A stretch of 64,000 nucleotides of DNA from Gemmatimonadota bacterium. GTDB lineage: Bacteria > Gemmatimonadota > Gemmatimonadetes > Longimicrobiales > Gaopeijiaceae. The stretch lies in contig JAXHMG010000003.1 in the NCBI GenBank assembly GCA_034521595.1, forward strand, positions 1,984,001 through 2,048,000, given 5' to 3'. Shown here piece after piece: positions 1 through 14,387 of the stretch; positions within the stretch are counted from its first letter, which is position 1, and each line of letters begins with the position of its first letter. Under the pieces are notes generated by a model that made no database searches, was not told where the DNA came from, and worked only from the letters and a program-made list of their open reading frames with translations. Made by a program: the position numbers and the translations under genes.

Positions 1-399
1 TCTAGTCACGTCCTGGAACCAGGGGCAGCCGGCCACACGCCCATCAGATTCCGGGAGCTCTTTTATCGTCCTGTGCTCGCTCCGCGACAAGGCATCCGGA
101 AGCTGTTCAACCTTCTAGGTCTGTAACCAGGTCGTTGCACGTCTCGTCGCGCGAACCAAGAGGCGACAGAAGATCCCACATGTATTCGTCCAGAAACCAA
201 GCCCCGATCGCCCTGCTTGCCGCTCGATTGTGCCGACCGCTCTACCGAAGCCTAACCTTTCAGAGCAGCCATCCGCATGAAGAAGTCGATCCTAGTTCAA
301 TTAAGCGGTGGGGAGTGCCAAGAGACTGTATAAGCTCAGCCGGGGGTGTGGTGTGAGAAGATGCTATACCTCATATCTCAGTTCAATTAACTAGGCTAC

Positions 400-930
400 A
401 GCCAGGCTTTACCCCATCCGCTCATCCGGTAGGGCTACATTCCGCTCCTCGCCAATGCGGCAGAACTTCAAGGCGCGGCGCTGAGCAAGCGATGCACGGC
501 CAGTTCGCTTCGTGCTGTTGCGGCATCCGCAGAAGCGGGGACCTGGAACGGGTTCTCTGTGGAGTGGTGGCGATCGAGGCGGAAGCCCGTGCGTCCTTTT
601 TGTTTTTGGGCGGGGAAACGGAGGACATTGAACGGCTCCGATTCGTTGGAGGCGTGCCTGAATTGGAGAGGTGTGGGGTAGTGACCTTCCGTCGTCGTTC
701 CTCGGCCGGACACTTGGGCCTTTCTTGGCCAAGCCGATGCTCAGTTAAGTGTGGCTCCGCCCCTCGCAGTGAACCGTGAAATGTCTCCAACGAAGCTCGC
801 GGAGTATATGGGTGTAGGGCTGGCGATCCTGGCAACTCGAGGGATTGCGCTTCAGGAACGCTTTAGAGCAATCGGGCTCTGGCATCCTTGTGGACTGGGA
901 AGCTGAGTCAATAGCGCATCGGATACAAGG
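400..930 (+). CDS. Glycosyltransferase family 4, C-terminal part; frame-disrupted, boundaries approximate
   Basis: 781-840 translates MSPTKLAEYMGVGLAILATR (GT4 SPxKLxEYM motif); upstream FLFLGGETEDIERLR; many indels. Confidence 0.55.
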
Positions 931-1049
931 AAATTATGCTACGACGAAATCTCTTCGAGATCTTCCAACCAAATGTTCAGCTTTGCCACCCGACACCCTC
1001 CATATCGGCACTATCTAGGAACCCTGCGAGAAACCTCAGGAAATTAACC

Positions 1050-1630
1050 CCTGGACTCAGTCCCACCCTACCGACCGGACAAGGCCATGAACTTCGACTA
1101 TCAAAAGCAAACCGAGACCATCCGGGATTGCAACGCCATCGCACGCGATAATGCGGAGTTTCCGGCCTTGGGGATTGAATGAGTCCGATTCCGCCACATT
1201 GCACGCCGCGGAAACGCAAACCGTGCGACGGCTACTCCACCAGAATCGAACCGCAGTGAGTACTTGATTTACCTGGTGGTACTGAAAGCTAGCCCTACTC
1301 TACGCTGGTCTGGATTCAGGTAATCGCCGCCGACGTCCCCCAGACATGCTCAAGCTGTGCCGCGAAATCGTGCTGAGCGCTAAACTATGATGAAGTCATC
1401 TTCGCAGGAAGCGATGCTGGAGCGCCGGGAGCATCCCAGACATTGAGGGTGTCGACGTCATAGTCTGCCTGCGACTAGTGCACAAGTCCCGCAAGACGTT
1501 CGGATCGCCATACTAGAAGAGTTTGCGGGAATAGCCCCGCACACTATTGTCCTACGGATCAATTTTCCTTTTAAAGATTACGACGCCGAATACGTAAGTT
1601 TATAATTGGCGGGAAAGACGCGGCGACCTC
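1050..1630 (+). CDS. Class I SAM-dependent methyltransferase; frame-disrupted, boundaries approximate
   Basis: From 1260 VLDLPGGT (motif I); ~1315 IQVIAADV then DMLKL; ~1450 VDVIVCLRLVH. Confidence 0.5.
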
Positions 1631-1729
1631 TCAGTACGCATGGCTTGGTCGTCCGGAATGAACTGAAAACGTTTGGGATATTCCTTTGCGTCCATCGGTT
1701 AGTCCCGGACTTTGAGTGAGCGGTTGTTC

Positions 1730-2440
1730 TTGATGGAGCCGAAGTAGGTTATGGTTGGCGTGCTGTCGAGTTCCTGGGACTACCCGGATCTGGCAAAAGC
1801 ACGATCGCGCGACTTCTCGCAGAAAGGCTGTACAAGGGTAATCGCTGGCATGCCGCAGCTCCATGTTCACCCAGAGCTAACCGATCAAGATCGGCCGATA
1901 TCAACGATTGCTATGCTCTAGGTTCCGGTGCACAGGCTTCGACCGCGATGCGCAGTCTTCACTTCGTATCGTGCCACTGCTCACGGCGACCTTCACCGGG
2001 CCTACCAGGCTCTCGTTGAACGTGCCCATGGTTGTCACTGCTAGCCCGCGAAACGGTTGACCTGCAGACCAAGGTGTTCTACAGTTGGCTTAGTCCATCA
2101 TTCTCGGCAAGAGAACCTCCCACACCTTCTGCACTATCGGATTTTATCCGGCGAGGCCTGGCCGCGCGGTCCTCAAGGACTCGCGCCGTGCGTGGTGCTG
2201 AATTGTCCAACTTCCTTGGCGGAGAACCGGCTCCGGATGAGAGCCGGTAACCCGAAGCATCATCGAAAGATTCGGTGGGACGGTTGGTGAACGAGCAACG
2301 GCGGCCATGGAGCAGGTCGCTGCGGCATCCGAGCACCTTCTAAACACGCTCACACAGACAAAAATCCTCTACCTTGAGTGTAGACGACCTTCCACGAACG
2401 GGTCGACGAGATCCTTGAATGGCTGGAGTGTCAGTGACTC
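1730..2440 (+). CDS. P-loop NTPase/kinase-like protein; frame-disrupted, boundaries approximate
   Basis: 1762-1830 reads AVEFLGLPGSGKSTIARLLAERL (Walker A at 1777-1803); DQGVLQLA near 2067. Confidence 0.5.
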
Positions 2441-2580
2441 GTGAAAATGAGCTTGGACAAACGCTTCGCGGACGCATGGTCCCCTCATCCTCAGTGCGAA
2501 CACGTCTTGGTCTTTGTTAGGACTTCAGGGCCGCACTGATTGAAGACCTTCTACAAGACTTTAATATACGGCAGTGGCTC

Positions 2581-3600
2581 GTGAAGATCGCTATACTAAA
2601 AAGCTGCGGGACCTGGGCTGTGCGTTCGCGCCAGCCCCGTACACGGTCGGAAGAATCGCCCCCGCAGACCTATTGCTACCGGTTAAGCTCACTCGCTTGT
2701 CGGCCGGCTCAGGCGCTAGGATCATTTCTGAATTTCACCCCTAAGGCAAATGTATTTCGGGGATAGCTGGTGGTTTCGTCGGCCAGCTCTAATCAACAAC
2801 GTCTAGGGTTAGGGCCGGCCTTCGGAAAACTGCGAACCCCGTAATCCGATCAATTGTAGCGGGACTTTACCGAACTGCTGGGCCATTTGTTGACCACACC
2901 TTCTACCAACCAGCATGACTACCAAGCGGGCCTTCGGTGGCGCTTCTTCAGCAGCAACGTCCTCAGTTATGCCCGGTTCTGGGGTGGATTTCGCAAGTTC
3001 CCCGTGCGCGTGCTCCCTTTCGACGTAGAGGCCCATACACTTCGTCCATGTCGCGCGCTTGATGAGCTCAAAGGGTACCCTTGATTTCATCCAGGCTGCA
3101 GCAATGGTCCGCGATTGGCTGGGTCCCGAAGAAGTCCGGTTCTCCATCGCCGGTCCTGACACATCCTCGACGGCGGAGCACAAAGAATTTACAAAAGGTT
3201 GCGCTAGAGCTGAGATCGAGTACTTGGGAATGATAGATGACGTGCCTACACTGTTGGCGGATGCACATGTGGTCGTGCTCCCGTCCAAATACCCTGAAGG
3301 TGTACCTCGATCACTCATCGAAGCTGCTGCTTCCGGCAAGTTACTGGTCTGCCCGACGAAGGCAGTCAGGAGATCGTCCGTCATCAGCGGAACGGCCTAG
3401 TCACCGGTAAGGCAAGCATCACGAACTTGGCAAAGACAATGCTCAATGTCCACCCAACTGGAACCCAGCACCTACCTCAGGATGTGCTTGCTAGGCATCA
3501 AAATCGCACGTGAAGAGTTCGACGTCCAAATGGTAATCGAACGATACCGCGACGATCGCGCATCCTGCGAACTAAGTTTGATCGGTCCCGAGGGACCGAC
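2581..3600 (+). CDS. Glycosyltransferase family 4; frame-disrupted
   Basis: ORF 3059-3400 has KGTLDFIQAA...YLGMIDDVPTLLADAHVVVLPSKYPEGVPRSLIEAAASG; N-terminal MKIAIL at 2581. Confidence 0.75.
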
Positions 3601-3649
3601 TGACTTACCAATCCTCCCCAACCTTGAGGATCTAGCCGGTGGATCAACG

Positions 3650-4625
3650 TGGCCTACCTATGTTCAAGCCATTGCACGAACATGCGGACCCCATCCCGGA
3701 ATTTCACTTGAGGGTCGTATTTTTTAGAAGCCTTTGGGCCTTGCTGATATTCGCGAATGTCTTGATACATCTCAGGTACCATCGGGAACCTTTAAGGACC
3801 ATGGCGAGCTCCACGCCAAGTTCGTCTCCGATGACCTGAATCATTTCAGACAAGGTCACAGTCCTGTTCTCCCCAAGGTTCACTCCCTGGAATTCCCCTC
3901 CGCTCGCGACCAAACCCAGTCGCACGCCTTCGTGACTCCATCCATGATATCGGTTATGTAGGTATAGCGTAGGAGGTCGAACCATCCCCGAACGTCGGGA
4001 TTTCTCGCCCGTCCCTCATGCGGGTCGCAAACTTACGGATGGCAAGATCGGGACGTTGCCGAGGCCCGTACACGGTGAAAAACCTCAAGCAAATGGTGTT
4101 GATACCGTCGAGGTGGCTCAGATGCATGGCACAGGAGTTCCCTGCCTTTTTCGTAGCCGCATACGGTGAAATCGGATGATCCACCGGGATCATCGTCGGA
4201 AAAAGGCACTTTTTCGTTGTTACCCGTACACGCGAACTCGAGAGACGCGAAGACAAACGACTTGATACCTCGTTGTGCCGCGAACTTCAGTAGCTCGATG
4301 TCCCCATCAGATTGACGTCGGTGTAGAGGACAGGTTTCTCGATGGACGGACCGAACGCCGGCGCGCGCAGCCAGATGCACGATCGTGTCGATGTGATCCC
4401 GGAACCTGGTGGAGTGTCTCGGATCCCGAATATCCCCCTCGATAAGGCTGAAAGCCGTACGTAACCGCCAAGCGGATATCAGGTTTTCCTCCTTGATCCC
4501 CCGCGGGTGGAGGTCGTCAAAACTTGTCCAGGGCAACAGACTTCCTCACCGCGGGCCAGTGCATGCTGTCCGCAAGGTGAAGACCGATAAAGCCTGCACG
4601 CGCATCGGTCATGAACTGGACATCG
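3650..4625 (-). CDS. NAD-dependent epimerase/dehydratase (UDP-glucuronate 4-epimerase-like); frame-disrupted
   Basis: Fragments [30 protein letters not shown] (YxxxK), [20 protein letters not shown]. Confidence 0.8.
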
Positions 4626-4673
4626 GTCGGAAATTGGAGGTAAAAGAACGGGTTACGATTTCGATCAGGGGGC

Positions 4674-8016
<3,343 letters not shown>

Positions 8017-8246
8017 GACGTGGAGGGGTTCCGTGCCCCCGTGGGGAGATGAAGCGATGCGCGTCCGTCGCGTCGGGCGGATACACCTCGAAGCGCTAAA
8101 GGTCGCGCCGGTGCGGACGGTGGATCAACCCGCGGGGGCGACGGGCACGCTCTTGCCGGACCCCGCGTTGTAGCACTCCGGGGCCAATGGTACATTGTGC
8201 CACCTTTCCGCACATCCGACCACCGGTGATTGGACCGATCCAGCCG

Positions 8247-10530
8247 ATGCCCAGCTCTTCCGTCCTCCCGGCGTCCCGGGCCGTGCGTGCGCTTCTCGGC
8301 GCGTGCCTTCTCGCGCTCGCCGTCGCGGCCCCGCCCGCTCCCGCCGCCGCCCAGCAGGCCCCCTCCCCCGCCGAAGCCCAGCGGCTCATCGAGCAGAACC
8401 CCGAGCTCGTCCGCCAGCGGATCCAGCAGTCGGGCATGAGCGAGAGCCGAGATCCGCTCGCGGCTCGAAGCCGCCGGCCTCCCCAGCGACGCGCTCGACC
8501 AGTTCCTCGGCGGCGGGGTCCGGTGCAGCCGGGCACGGTGTCCGGGTCGGACCTCGCCCAGGCCATGCAGGTGCTCGGGATCGAGGTCGCAGCCGGACGG
8601 GCTGACCGACGTGCCGGTGCAGGCGGGCATGCAGGCTCAGGGCGTCGGGGACGCGCGCCCGCGGACGGGGGCCTCCCATCTTCGGGGTGGAGCAGTTCCG
8701 CGCGCGCCACCTCGCAGTTCCAGCCGCTGCTCTCGGGGCCCGTGCCGAGCGACTACCGGGTCGGCCCCGGCGACCGGCTGGTGCTGGTGCTCACCGGCGA
8801 CGTGCAGCTCGCCCACGAGCTCGAGGTCACGCGCGAAGGGCTTCGTCGTGATCCCCAACGTGGGCCAGCATCTCGGTGAGCAACCTGACCATGGACGGGC
8901 TGCGGCAGCTTGCTCCGCGGGCGCCTCGCGCAGCTGCGTACTCGGGCATCGAGCGCGGCACCACCACCTTCGACCTCACCGTCTCGCAGCTCCGTACCAA
9001 CCAGATCTACGTGATCGGCGAGGTGCGCCAGCCCGGCGCCTACCAGCTCGCCTCGGTCGCGACGGTCATGAACGCGCTGTACGCGGCCGATGGCCCCACC
9101 GACCTGGGCTCGCTCCGCCAGGTGCGAGCTCCGCCGCCGCGACGGCGAGACGGTCACGCTCGACCTCTACCGCTACCTGCTCGAAGGCGACGCCGGCACA
9201 GGACGAGATCCTCGAGCAGGGCGACATCGTCTTCGTCCCGGCTCCGGGAGCAGGCAGGTCTCGCTCGTGGGCTCGGTCGAGTCGGCGAAGCCCGTCTACC
9301 GCAGCCGGCGCCCGGACGACGACCTGCGTCGACGTCGCTGCGCGCGGCCGGAGGGTTCGGCCCCGACGCCCGCCGCAACCGGATCACCATCCACCGGGTG
9401 CTCGAGCCCGGCGACCGCGGGCCGGGCCTCGCCGACCGCGCGGCCGTGGACCTCGAGCTGGCCGCGTCCGACGACCCGTCGGACCCCCGCTACCTGGGCG
9501 GCGTCATCGTGCCTCCGGTGGGCTCCAGCACGGCGACTCGATCGTCGTGGACGAGCGTCGCAGCGCTCGAGGACGCCTATTACGTGACCGTGCGGGCCGG
9601 GTGCAGTCGCCCGGACGCTTCCCCTGGCGGGACGGCATGACCCTGCGCGACCTCGTCGAGCTCGCCGCGTGGACCGGCCGTCGGGCGCCGACCTGCGCGA
9701 GGCGCGAAGTCGCCCGGCTTCCCGACGACCGGGACGCGGGCGAGCTGGCCGAGCTCATGCGCGTGGAGCTCGACTCCAGCTACCTCGAGCTCGGCGACGC
9801 CGACGATGCGTTCCCGGGGCCCCCGTGGCGTCGCGTTCCCGCCCCCCGGCACCGGCCCCGAGTTCGAGCTCGAGCCGTTCGACCAGGTCACCGTGCTGCT
9901 CCAGCCCGACTTCCAGCTCCAGCGCGACGTCGCCAGGTCACCGGCGAGGTGCCGGTGCCCGGCAGCTACACCCTGCGCGCCAAGGACGAGCGCCTGGCGG
10001 ATCTCGTGGACCGAGCCGGCGGGCTGCTCGAGACCGCGTATCCCAACGGAGCCCGCTTCTTCCGGGAAGACAGCGACCTGGACACGGAGCTGAGCCGCGT
10101 GGCCATCGATCTACCCGACGCCCTCGCGGACATCGAAAGCGGCGACAACCTCACGCTCCAGCCCGGCGACTCGCTCCACATCCCGGTCTACTCGCCGACC
10201 GTGGTCGTGTCGAGGGCGCCGTCGAACTCCCCGTCCACCGTGCTCTACCGCGAGGGCGAGGGGCTCGAAGTACTACATCGAGAACGCCGGCGGCTTCCGC
10301 AACGACGCCGACGAGGGCCGGACTGCCGTGCGCTTCGCCAACGGCCAGCGCGAGCTCCGAGATTCAAGTTCCTGTTCTGGTCGAGCTACCCGAGCCCCGG
10401 GCCCGGAAGCCGGATCGCGGTGCCCGACCGAGGACCCCGCCGACCGCTTCGATTGGCGAGGCCTCATCACGGATCTCGTGGCCATCACCGGATCCATCAC
10501 GACCGTGATCGTGGTGATGTCGCGGTCGGG
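8247..10530 (+). CDS. SLBB-domain polysaccharide export protein (Wza/KpsD-like); frameshifted
   Basis: Signal-peptide-like start; PSDYRVGPGDRL; IYVIGEVRQPGAYQL; VTGEVPVPGSYTL; LQPGDSLHIP; hydrophobic C-terminal helix. Confidence 0.85.
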
Positions 10531-10611
10531 GGGACTTGCATCCACGCCCGGGGTATCGTTGGCGGGCCCGAATCGAGAGCACCGTTCGAGGGAAGCTCAA
10601 GGAGGCGTCTC

Positions 10612-10847
10612 ATGGACCAGCTGATCACCGCCGACCCCAAGATCATGATGGGCAAGACCGTAGTCACCGGCACTCGGATTTCGGTCGAGTGCATCGTGGA
10701 ACGCGTCGGCGCTCTTGGCGAGCCTTGTCGACACGATCTTCCGAAGCTCACCCCCGTCTTACCCGCGAAGAAGCGGTGCTGGCGGCGATTACGTTCGCTG
10801 CGGCGGCGTTGAAAGCAACCGTCGGTGTACCCGACATCCGACGATGA
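10612..10847 (+). CDS. DUF433 family antitoxin (small frameshifts)
   Basis: AGGAGG RBS; MDQLITADPKIMMGKTVVTGTRISVECIVE ... HPRLTREEAVLAAITFAA. Confidence 0.8.
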
Positions 10848-10853
10848 AGCGGC

Positions 10854-10901
10854 GTGAAGCTGCTTTGTGATGAGGGAGTTGAACGTCAAGTCGTGGATCG
10901 G
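10854..10901 (+). pseudogene. DUF5615 PIN-like toxin, first 16 codons only
   Basis: MKLLCDEGVERQVVDR directly after DUF433, then cut off by the repeat copy. Confidence 0.65.
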
Positions 10902-10937
10902 CACCGGCTCCATCACGACCGTGATCGCGGTGTTGTC

Positions 10938-11093
10938 CAGGGAATGCGTCCCATTCAGATCTGGGTGCCGGACGTGCGCTCACCCGAGTTCCGGGCCGAA
11001 GCGCATCGGCAAGCGGCGGCTGTCGCCGAGACCGAGCACGAGGCGGAGGATCAGACCTTCATCGACGAGATCTCGGACCTCGGCACGGCGTGA
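10938..11093 (+). pseudogene. DUF3018/MazE-like antitoxin, N-terminally truncated
   Basis: QGMRPIQIWVPDVRSPEFRAEAHRQAAAVAETEHEAEDQTFIDEIS. Confidence 0.75.
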
Positions 11094-11162
11094 AGCGGGG
11101 TGAGACGTGACATGACGCGCCTGGATCGCGCCATTCTGGTCTTCCTGGGCCTCGCCGACTAA
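11090..11162 (+). pseudogene. PemK/MazF toxin with large internal deletion
   Basis: GTG overlaps the antitoxin stop; MKRGE is joined out of frame to the C-terminus DMTRLDRAILVFLGLAD*. Confidence 0.7.
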
Positions 11163-11482
11163 CCCTCTCCCTCCCCCTCCACCCTCTCCCGCACGACGTA
11201 GTGGGCCACCCGCTCGTCGAAGCGAAGCATCATCGCCTGGACCTCGTCCGGCACGACCGCGGCTTCCACGTCCTCGCCCGCGAAGCCGCGCACGGCCTGG
11301 AGCGACGTCCACTCCGTCACGATCCGGAACGCGGAGCCCTCGTTGAACTCACGGCGGAGGACGGTGGCCGAGACGAAGCCCTGGAGCTCGGCGATTCGGG
11401 GGAAGATCTCCGTACGCAGGTGCCGCTCGTAGGTATCGGCCAGCTCGGGGTGGGCGACGCAGGTCCAGTGGCGTTGGATCAT
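11159..11482 (-). CDS. Antibiotic biosynthesis monooxygenase (ABM) domain protein
   Basis: MIQRHW...GFVSATVLRR...FRIVTEWTSLQAVRGFAGED...VAHYVV. Confidence 0.75.
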   Translation of the reverse strand: MIQRHWTCVAHPELADTYERHLRTEIFPRIAELQGFVSATVLRREFNEGSAFRIVTEWTSLQAVRGFAGEDVEAAVVPDEVQAMMLRFDERVAHYVVRERVEGEGEG

Positions 11483-11565
11483 GGTGATGGCGGGCGGGCG
11501 GGGAACCGGAAGAAGTGACCGGTATGATACACCGACGGCTTCGGCGCCGATAGCGGTTCTGGTCG

Positions 11566-12207
11566 TCAGAACCGGACGAGCAACGCTTCGACAGAATTCC
11601 TGGCTCGCCCCTCCAAGCCGGCTCCGGCAGCAATCTTCTCCGCCCTCGTCCGAAGGTCGGCGTTTCCGGTGATGAGGAACGCCCGACGGAGGTAGTCGAT
11701 GGCGAGCAGCGGATTTCTTTCGAGTTGGTCAGCCACAAGCGAATAGTACTCCGCCCGCTCCATCAATCCCCCCAAAAAAGCGCTCAGCCGGACACGAAAG
11801 CCCGGGGCCCATTCCACGTATTCAGTGCGCACGAGATCGGAGGGGACTTCCGCCGCCGGAGTCTTCACCACCAGTAGCTCCTTACCATACGCCTGCATGT
11901 GGCCGAGCTCGAGGTAGATGTTGGCCAAGGTTGAATGGGGCATCCCCTCGTGGACCAACGCGACGCCAAGCGGTACTGCGTGCATCAACTCCCAAATCTT
12001 CAGGAGAAAGTCTCGACCAGTGACCTGACTGTCGGCATCGAGGGGGCGAAATCCATGCCGAGTCAACTCGTGTTCCAACGCACGTCTGATCTCGGGAAGT
12101 TGAGTTGGTGACGGCTCCCCAAGTTGGGTCATGACGAAGCACGCACGCGGCCGGTAACGAATGGGGGTCGTCGTTGCGTCCCCGTCCGTGGGGCGATACC
12201 GGATCAC
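11566..12207 (-). CDS. Nucleoside 2-deoxyribosyltransferase-like / TIR-like domain protein
   Basis: CFVM beta strand, LLKIWELM, ANIYLELGHMQAYGKELLVV, VPSDL motifs. Confidence 0.6.
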   Translation of the reverse strand: MIRYRPTDGDATTTPIRYRPRACFVMTQLGEPSPTQLPEIRRALEHELTRHGFRPLDADSQVTGRDFLLKIWELMHAVPLGVALVHEGMPHSTLANIYLELGHMQAYGKELLVVKTPAAEVPSDLVRTEYVEWAPGFRVRLSAFLGGLMERAEYYSLVADQLERNPLLAIDYLRRAFLITGNADLRTRAEKIAAGAGLEGRARNSVEALLVRF

Positions 12208-12368
12208 TCCTTCGTCGAACGCTTCCGGGCGACGGGGATCCCTTCGTACGGCCCTTCGCTCTTCTTGTGATCGATGATTTTACCCTGCGTCCGATCGATC
12301 TTCACATATCGTCCGGTCCGTGGATTCTTAACCTGGACGAGATCCGGCTGCTTGAGCTTCGTGGCCAT
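12204..12368 (-). CDS. Small basic hypothetical protein, 54 aa (not in the ORF track)
   Basis: MATKLKQPDLVQVKNPRTGRYVKIDRTQGKIIDHKKSEGPYEGIPVARKRSTKE*; GGGGA upstream; GTGA overlap with the next gene. Confidence 0.7.
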   Translation of the reverse strand: MATKLKQPDLVQVKNPRTGRYVKIDRTQGKIIDHKKSEGPYEGIPVARKRSTKE

Positions 12369-12463
12369 TGAGTCATCCCCGTTGTACGTGCCACCTCTCT
12401 GCCATCGCTACCCTCAGCCTACAGCCCCGTGCCACCCGGGTCCATGTCGCGTTGAGCCCGTCC

Positions 12464-13777
12464 TCAGCTCTTCACGATCCAGCCCTTCGCCCCGTCGCCC
12501 GCCTCGCGCGAGACCGCGTGCCGGCCGTCCACGAGCACGCGCGCATGCTCGACGATCCAGTCGTAGTCGAAGGACGAGTGGTCGGTGAGGATGACCACCG
12601 CGTCGGCCTCCTCGAGCGTCTCGGCGGTCAGGGGAACGGACGCGAGGGTATGGCCCTCCTCGTGGAGCTCGTGCACGTACGGGTCGTGGTAGCTGATCCG
12701 CGCGCCGTCGGCTTCGAGCAGCCGGAGCACGTCGAGCGCCGGGGACTCGCGCACGTCGCTGATGTCCTTCTTGTACGCGACCCCGAGCAGCAGCACCCGC
12801 GCGCCGTTGACCGACTTCCGGTTCCGGTTGAGCGCCTCGCGCACCTTCCCCATGACGAAGTGCGGCATCTCGGAGTTGATCTCCGAGGCGAGCTCGATGA
12901 AGCGGGTCTTGTAGTTGAGCGTCCGCATCTTCCACGACAGGTAGTGCGGATCGACGGGAATGCAGTGCCCGCCGAGCCCCGGCCCCGGCGTGAACCGCAT
13001 GAAGCCGAACGGCTTGGTGGCCGCGGCGTCGATGACCTCCCAGACGTCGACCCCGAGCCGGTCCGCGATGAGCGCCGTCTCGTTGGCCAGCCCGATGTTC
13101 ACCGCGCGGAAGGTGTTCTCGAGGATCTTCGTCATCTCGGCCGCCTCGGTCGAGGAGACCGGCACGATGGTCTCGAGGAAGCGGTCGTAGAACTGCGCGC
13201 CCGCCTCGGTGCACGCCGCCGTGACGCCCCCGACCACCTTGGGCGTGTTCTTGGTGGTCCACGTCGTGTTGCCGGGGTCCACGCGCTCCGGCGAGAAGCA
13301 GAGGTAGAAGTCCTCGCCCACCGTGAGCCCTGAGGCTTCGAGCGCGGGCAGCATGACCTCCCGCGTCGTGCCGGGATAGGTGGTCGACTCGAGCAGCACG
13401 AGCTGGCCCTCGCGGAGCGCGGCGGCGACCGACTGCGAGGCCGCCAGGATGTAGGAGACGTCCGGGTCCCGCGTCTTGGACAGGGGCGTAGGCACGCAGA
13501 TCGAGACCACGTCGCACTCGCCGAGCCGGCTCATGTCGCTGGTCGCCTCGAGCAAACCCTTCTCCCGGAGCGCCGCGACCTTCTCGGACGGGACGTCCTG
13601 GATGTGCGAGCGCCCCGCGTTCACGCTCTCCACGACCTCGCCGTCGATGTCGAAGCCGACGACCCGGATGCCTTCCTCGGCCGCCTCCACGACGAGCGGC
13701 AAGCCCACGTAGCCCAGCCCGATGACGCCGAAGGTCACCTCGGAGTTCGGAGGAAGGGTGCTGGAGCGGTCGGACAT
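12464..13777 (-). CDS. Nucleotide-sugar dehydrogenase (UDP-N-acetylhexosamine 6-dehydrogenase, WbpA/WecC family)
   Basis: GLGYVGLP, CVPTP, ESTTYPGTT, SPERVDPGN, KILENTFR, GLGGHCIPVDP. Confidence 0.92.
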   Translation of the reverse strand: MSDRSSTLPPNSEVTFGVIGLGYVGLPLVVEAAEEGIRVVGFDIDGEVVESVNAGRSHIQDVPSEKVAALREKGLLEATSDMSRLGECDVVSICVPTPLSKTRDPDVSYILAASQSVAAALREGQLVLLESTTYPGTTREVMLPALEASGLTVGEDFYLCFSPERVDPGNTTWTTKNTPKVVGGVTAACTEAGAQFYDRFLETIVPVSSTEAAEMTKILENTFRAVNIGLANETALIADRLGVDVWEVIDAAATKPFGFMRFTPGPGLGGHCIPVDPHYLSWKMRTLNYKTRFIELASEINSEMPHFVMGKVREALNRNRKSVNGARVLLLGVAYKKDISDVRESPALDVLRLLEADGARISYHDPYVHELHEEGHTLASVPLTAETLEEADAVVILTDHSSFDYDWIVEHARVLVDGRHAVSREAGDGAKGWIVKS

Positions 13778-13947
13778 GGCGTGAGCCTATCTGTGCAGGG
13801 GGAGAAGGTCCCGAGCGCAGAAGGATAAGCGGGCGGGGCCGGGAGTTCCAGGCGTGGACGGCGTGGGACGCACGGGGCTCCTCGCGACATGGAAGCGCCC
13901 GAGGCGGGTCGAGACGTTGCGAGGCACGTTGACCGGGCCACCTCGAC

Positions 13948-13976
13948 ATGACATTGTACAATTGTACTTATACCTT
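13948..13976 (+). promoter_or_regulatory. Sigma70-type promoter with operator palindrome for the TA operon
   Basis: ATGACA-17 bp-TACCTT; perfect palindrome GTACAATTGTAC at 13956-13967 with TGTACA core. Confidence 0.65.
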
Positions 13977-13991
13977 TCTTTGAGCGATCCG

Positions 13992-14387
13992 GTGGATCTC
14001 ACGATCGACACATCCGCGGTGATGGCGGTGACCCTGGGCGAGCCGTTACGGAGCGAGCTGATCGAGCTTACGAGGAACGTCGAGCTCATGTCGGCTCCGA
14101 CGCTCCCGTGGGAAGTCGGCAACGCCTTGTCCGCGCTGTTCCGCAGAAACCGCATCGGAGCCACGGACGCGCACGACGCGCTGGCCGCGCTCGAACGCAT
14201 CCCTCTGCGGCTCGTGGAGATCGATCTCACCCGCGCCGTCATGCTCGCTCACGAGCACGGGATCTACGCGTACGACGCCTACGTGCTGGAGTGCGCCCGC
14301 CGGCACCGAACGCCCCTCCTCTCTCTCGATGCCGCGCAGCAGGACGTGGCGCGCGCGCTCGGCATCGACGTCATCGAGGTGCAGTGA
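13992..14387 (+). CDS. vapC: PIN-domain VapC toxin
   Basis: IDTSA, WEVGNAL, IYAYDAYVLECA, LLSLD conserved acidic motifs. Confidence 0.88.
   Translation: MDLTIDTSAVMAVTLGEPLRSELIELTRNVELMSAPTLPWEVGNALSALFRRNRIGATDAHDALAALERIPLRLVEIDLTRAVMLAHEHGIYAYDAYVLECARRHRTPLLSLDAAQQDVARALGIDVIEVQ

Larger units (their letters stand above)
10486..10937 (+). repeat. 36-bp direct repeat (10486-10521 and 10902-10937, 33/36 identical) of the SLBB gene 3' end
   Basis: caccggatccatcacgaccgtgatcgtggtgatgtc vs caccggctccatcacgaccgtgatcgcggtgttgtc. Confidence 0.9.
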
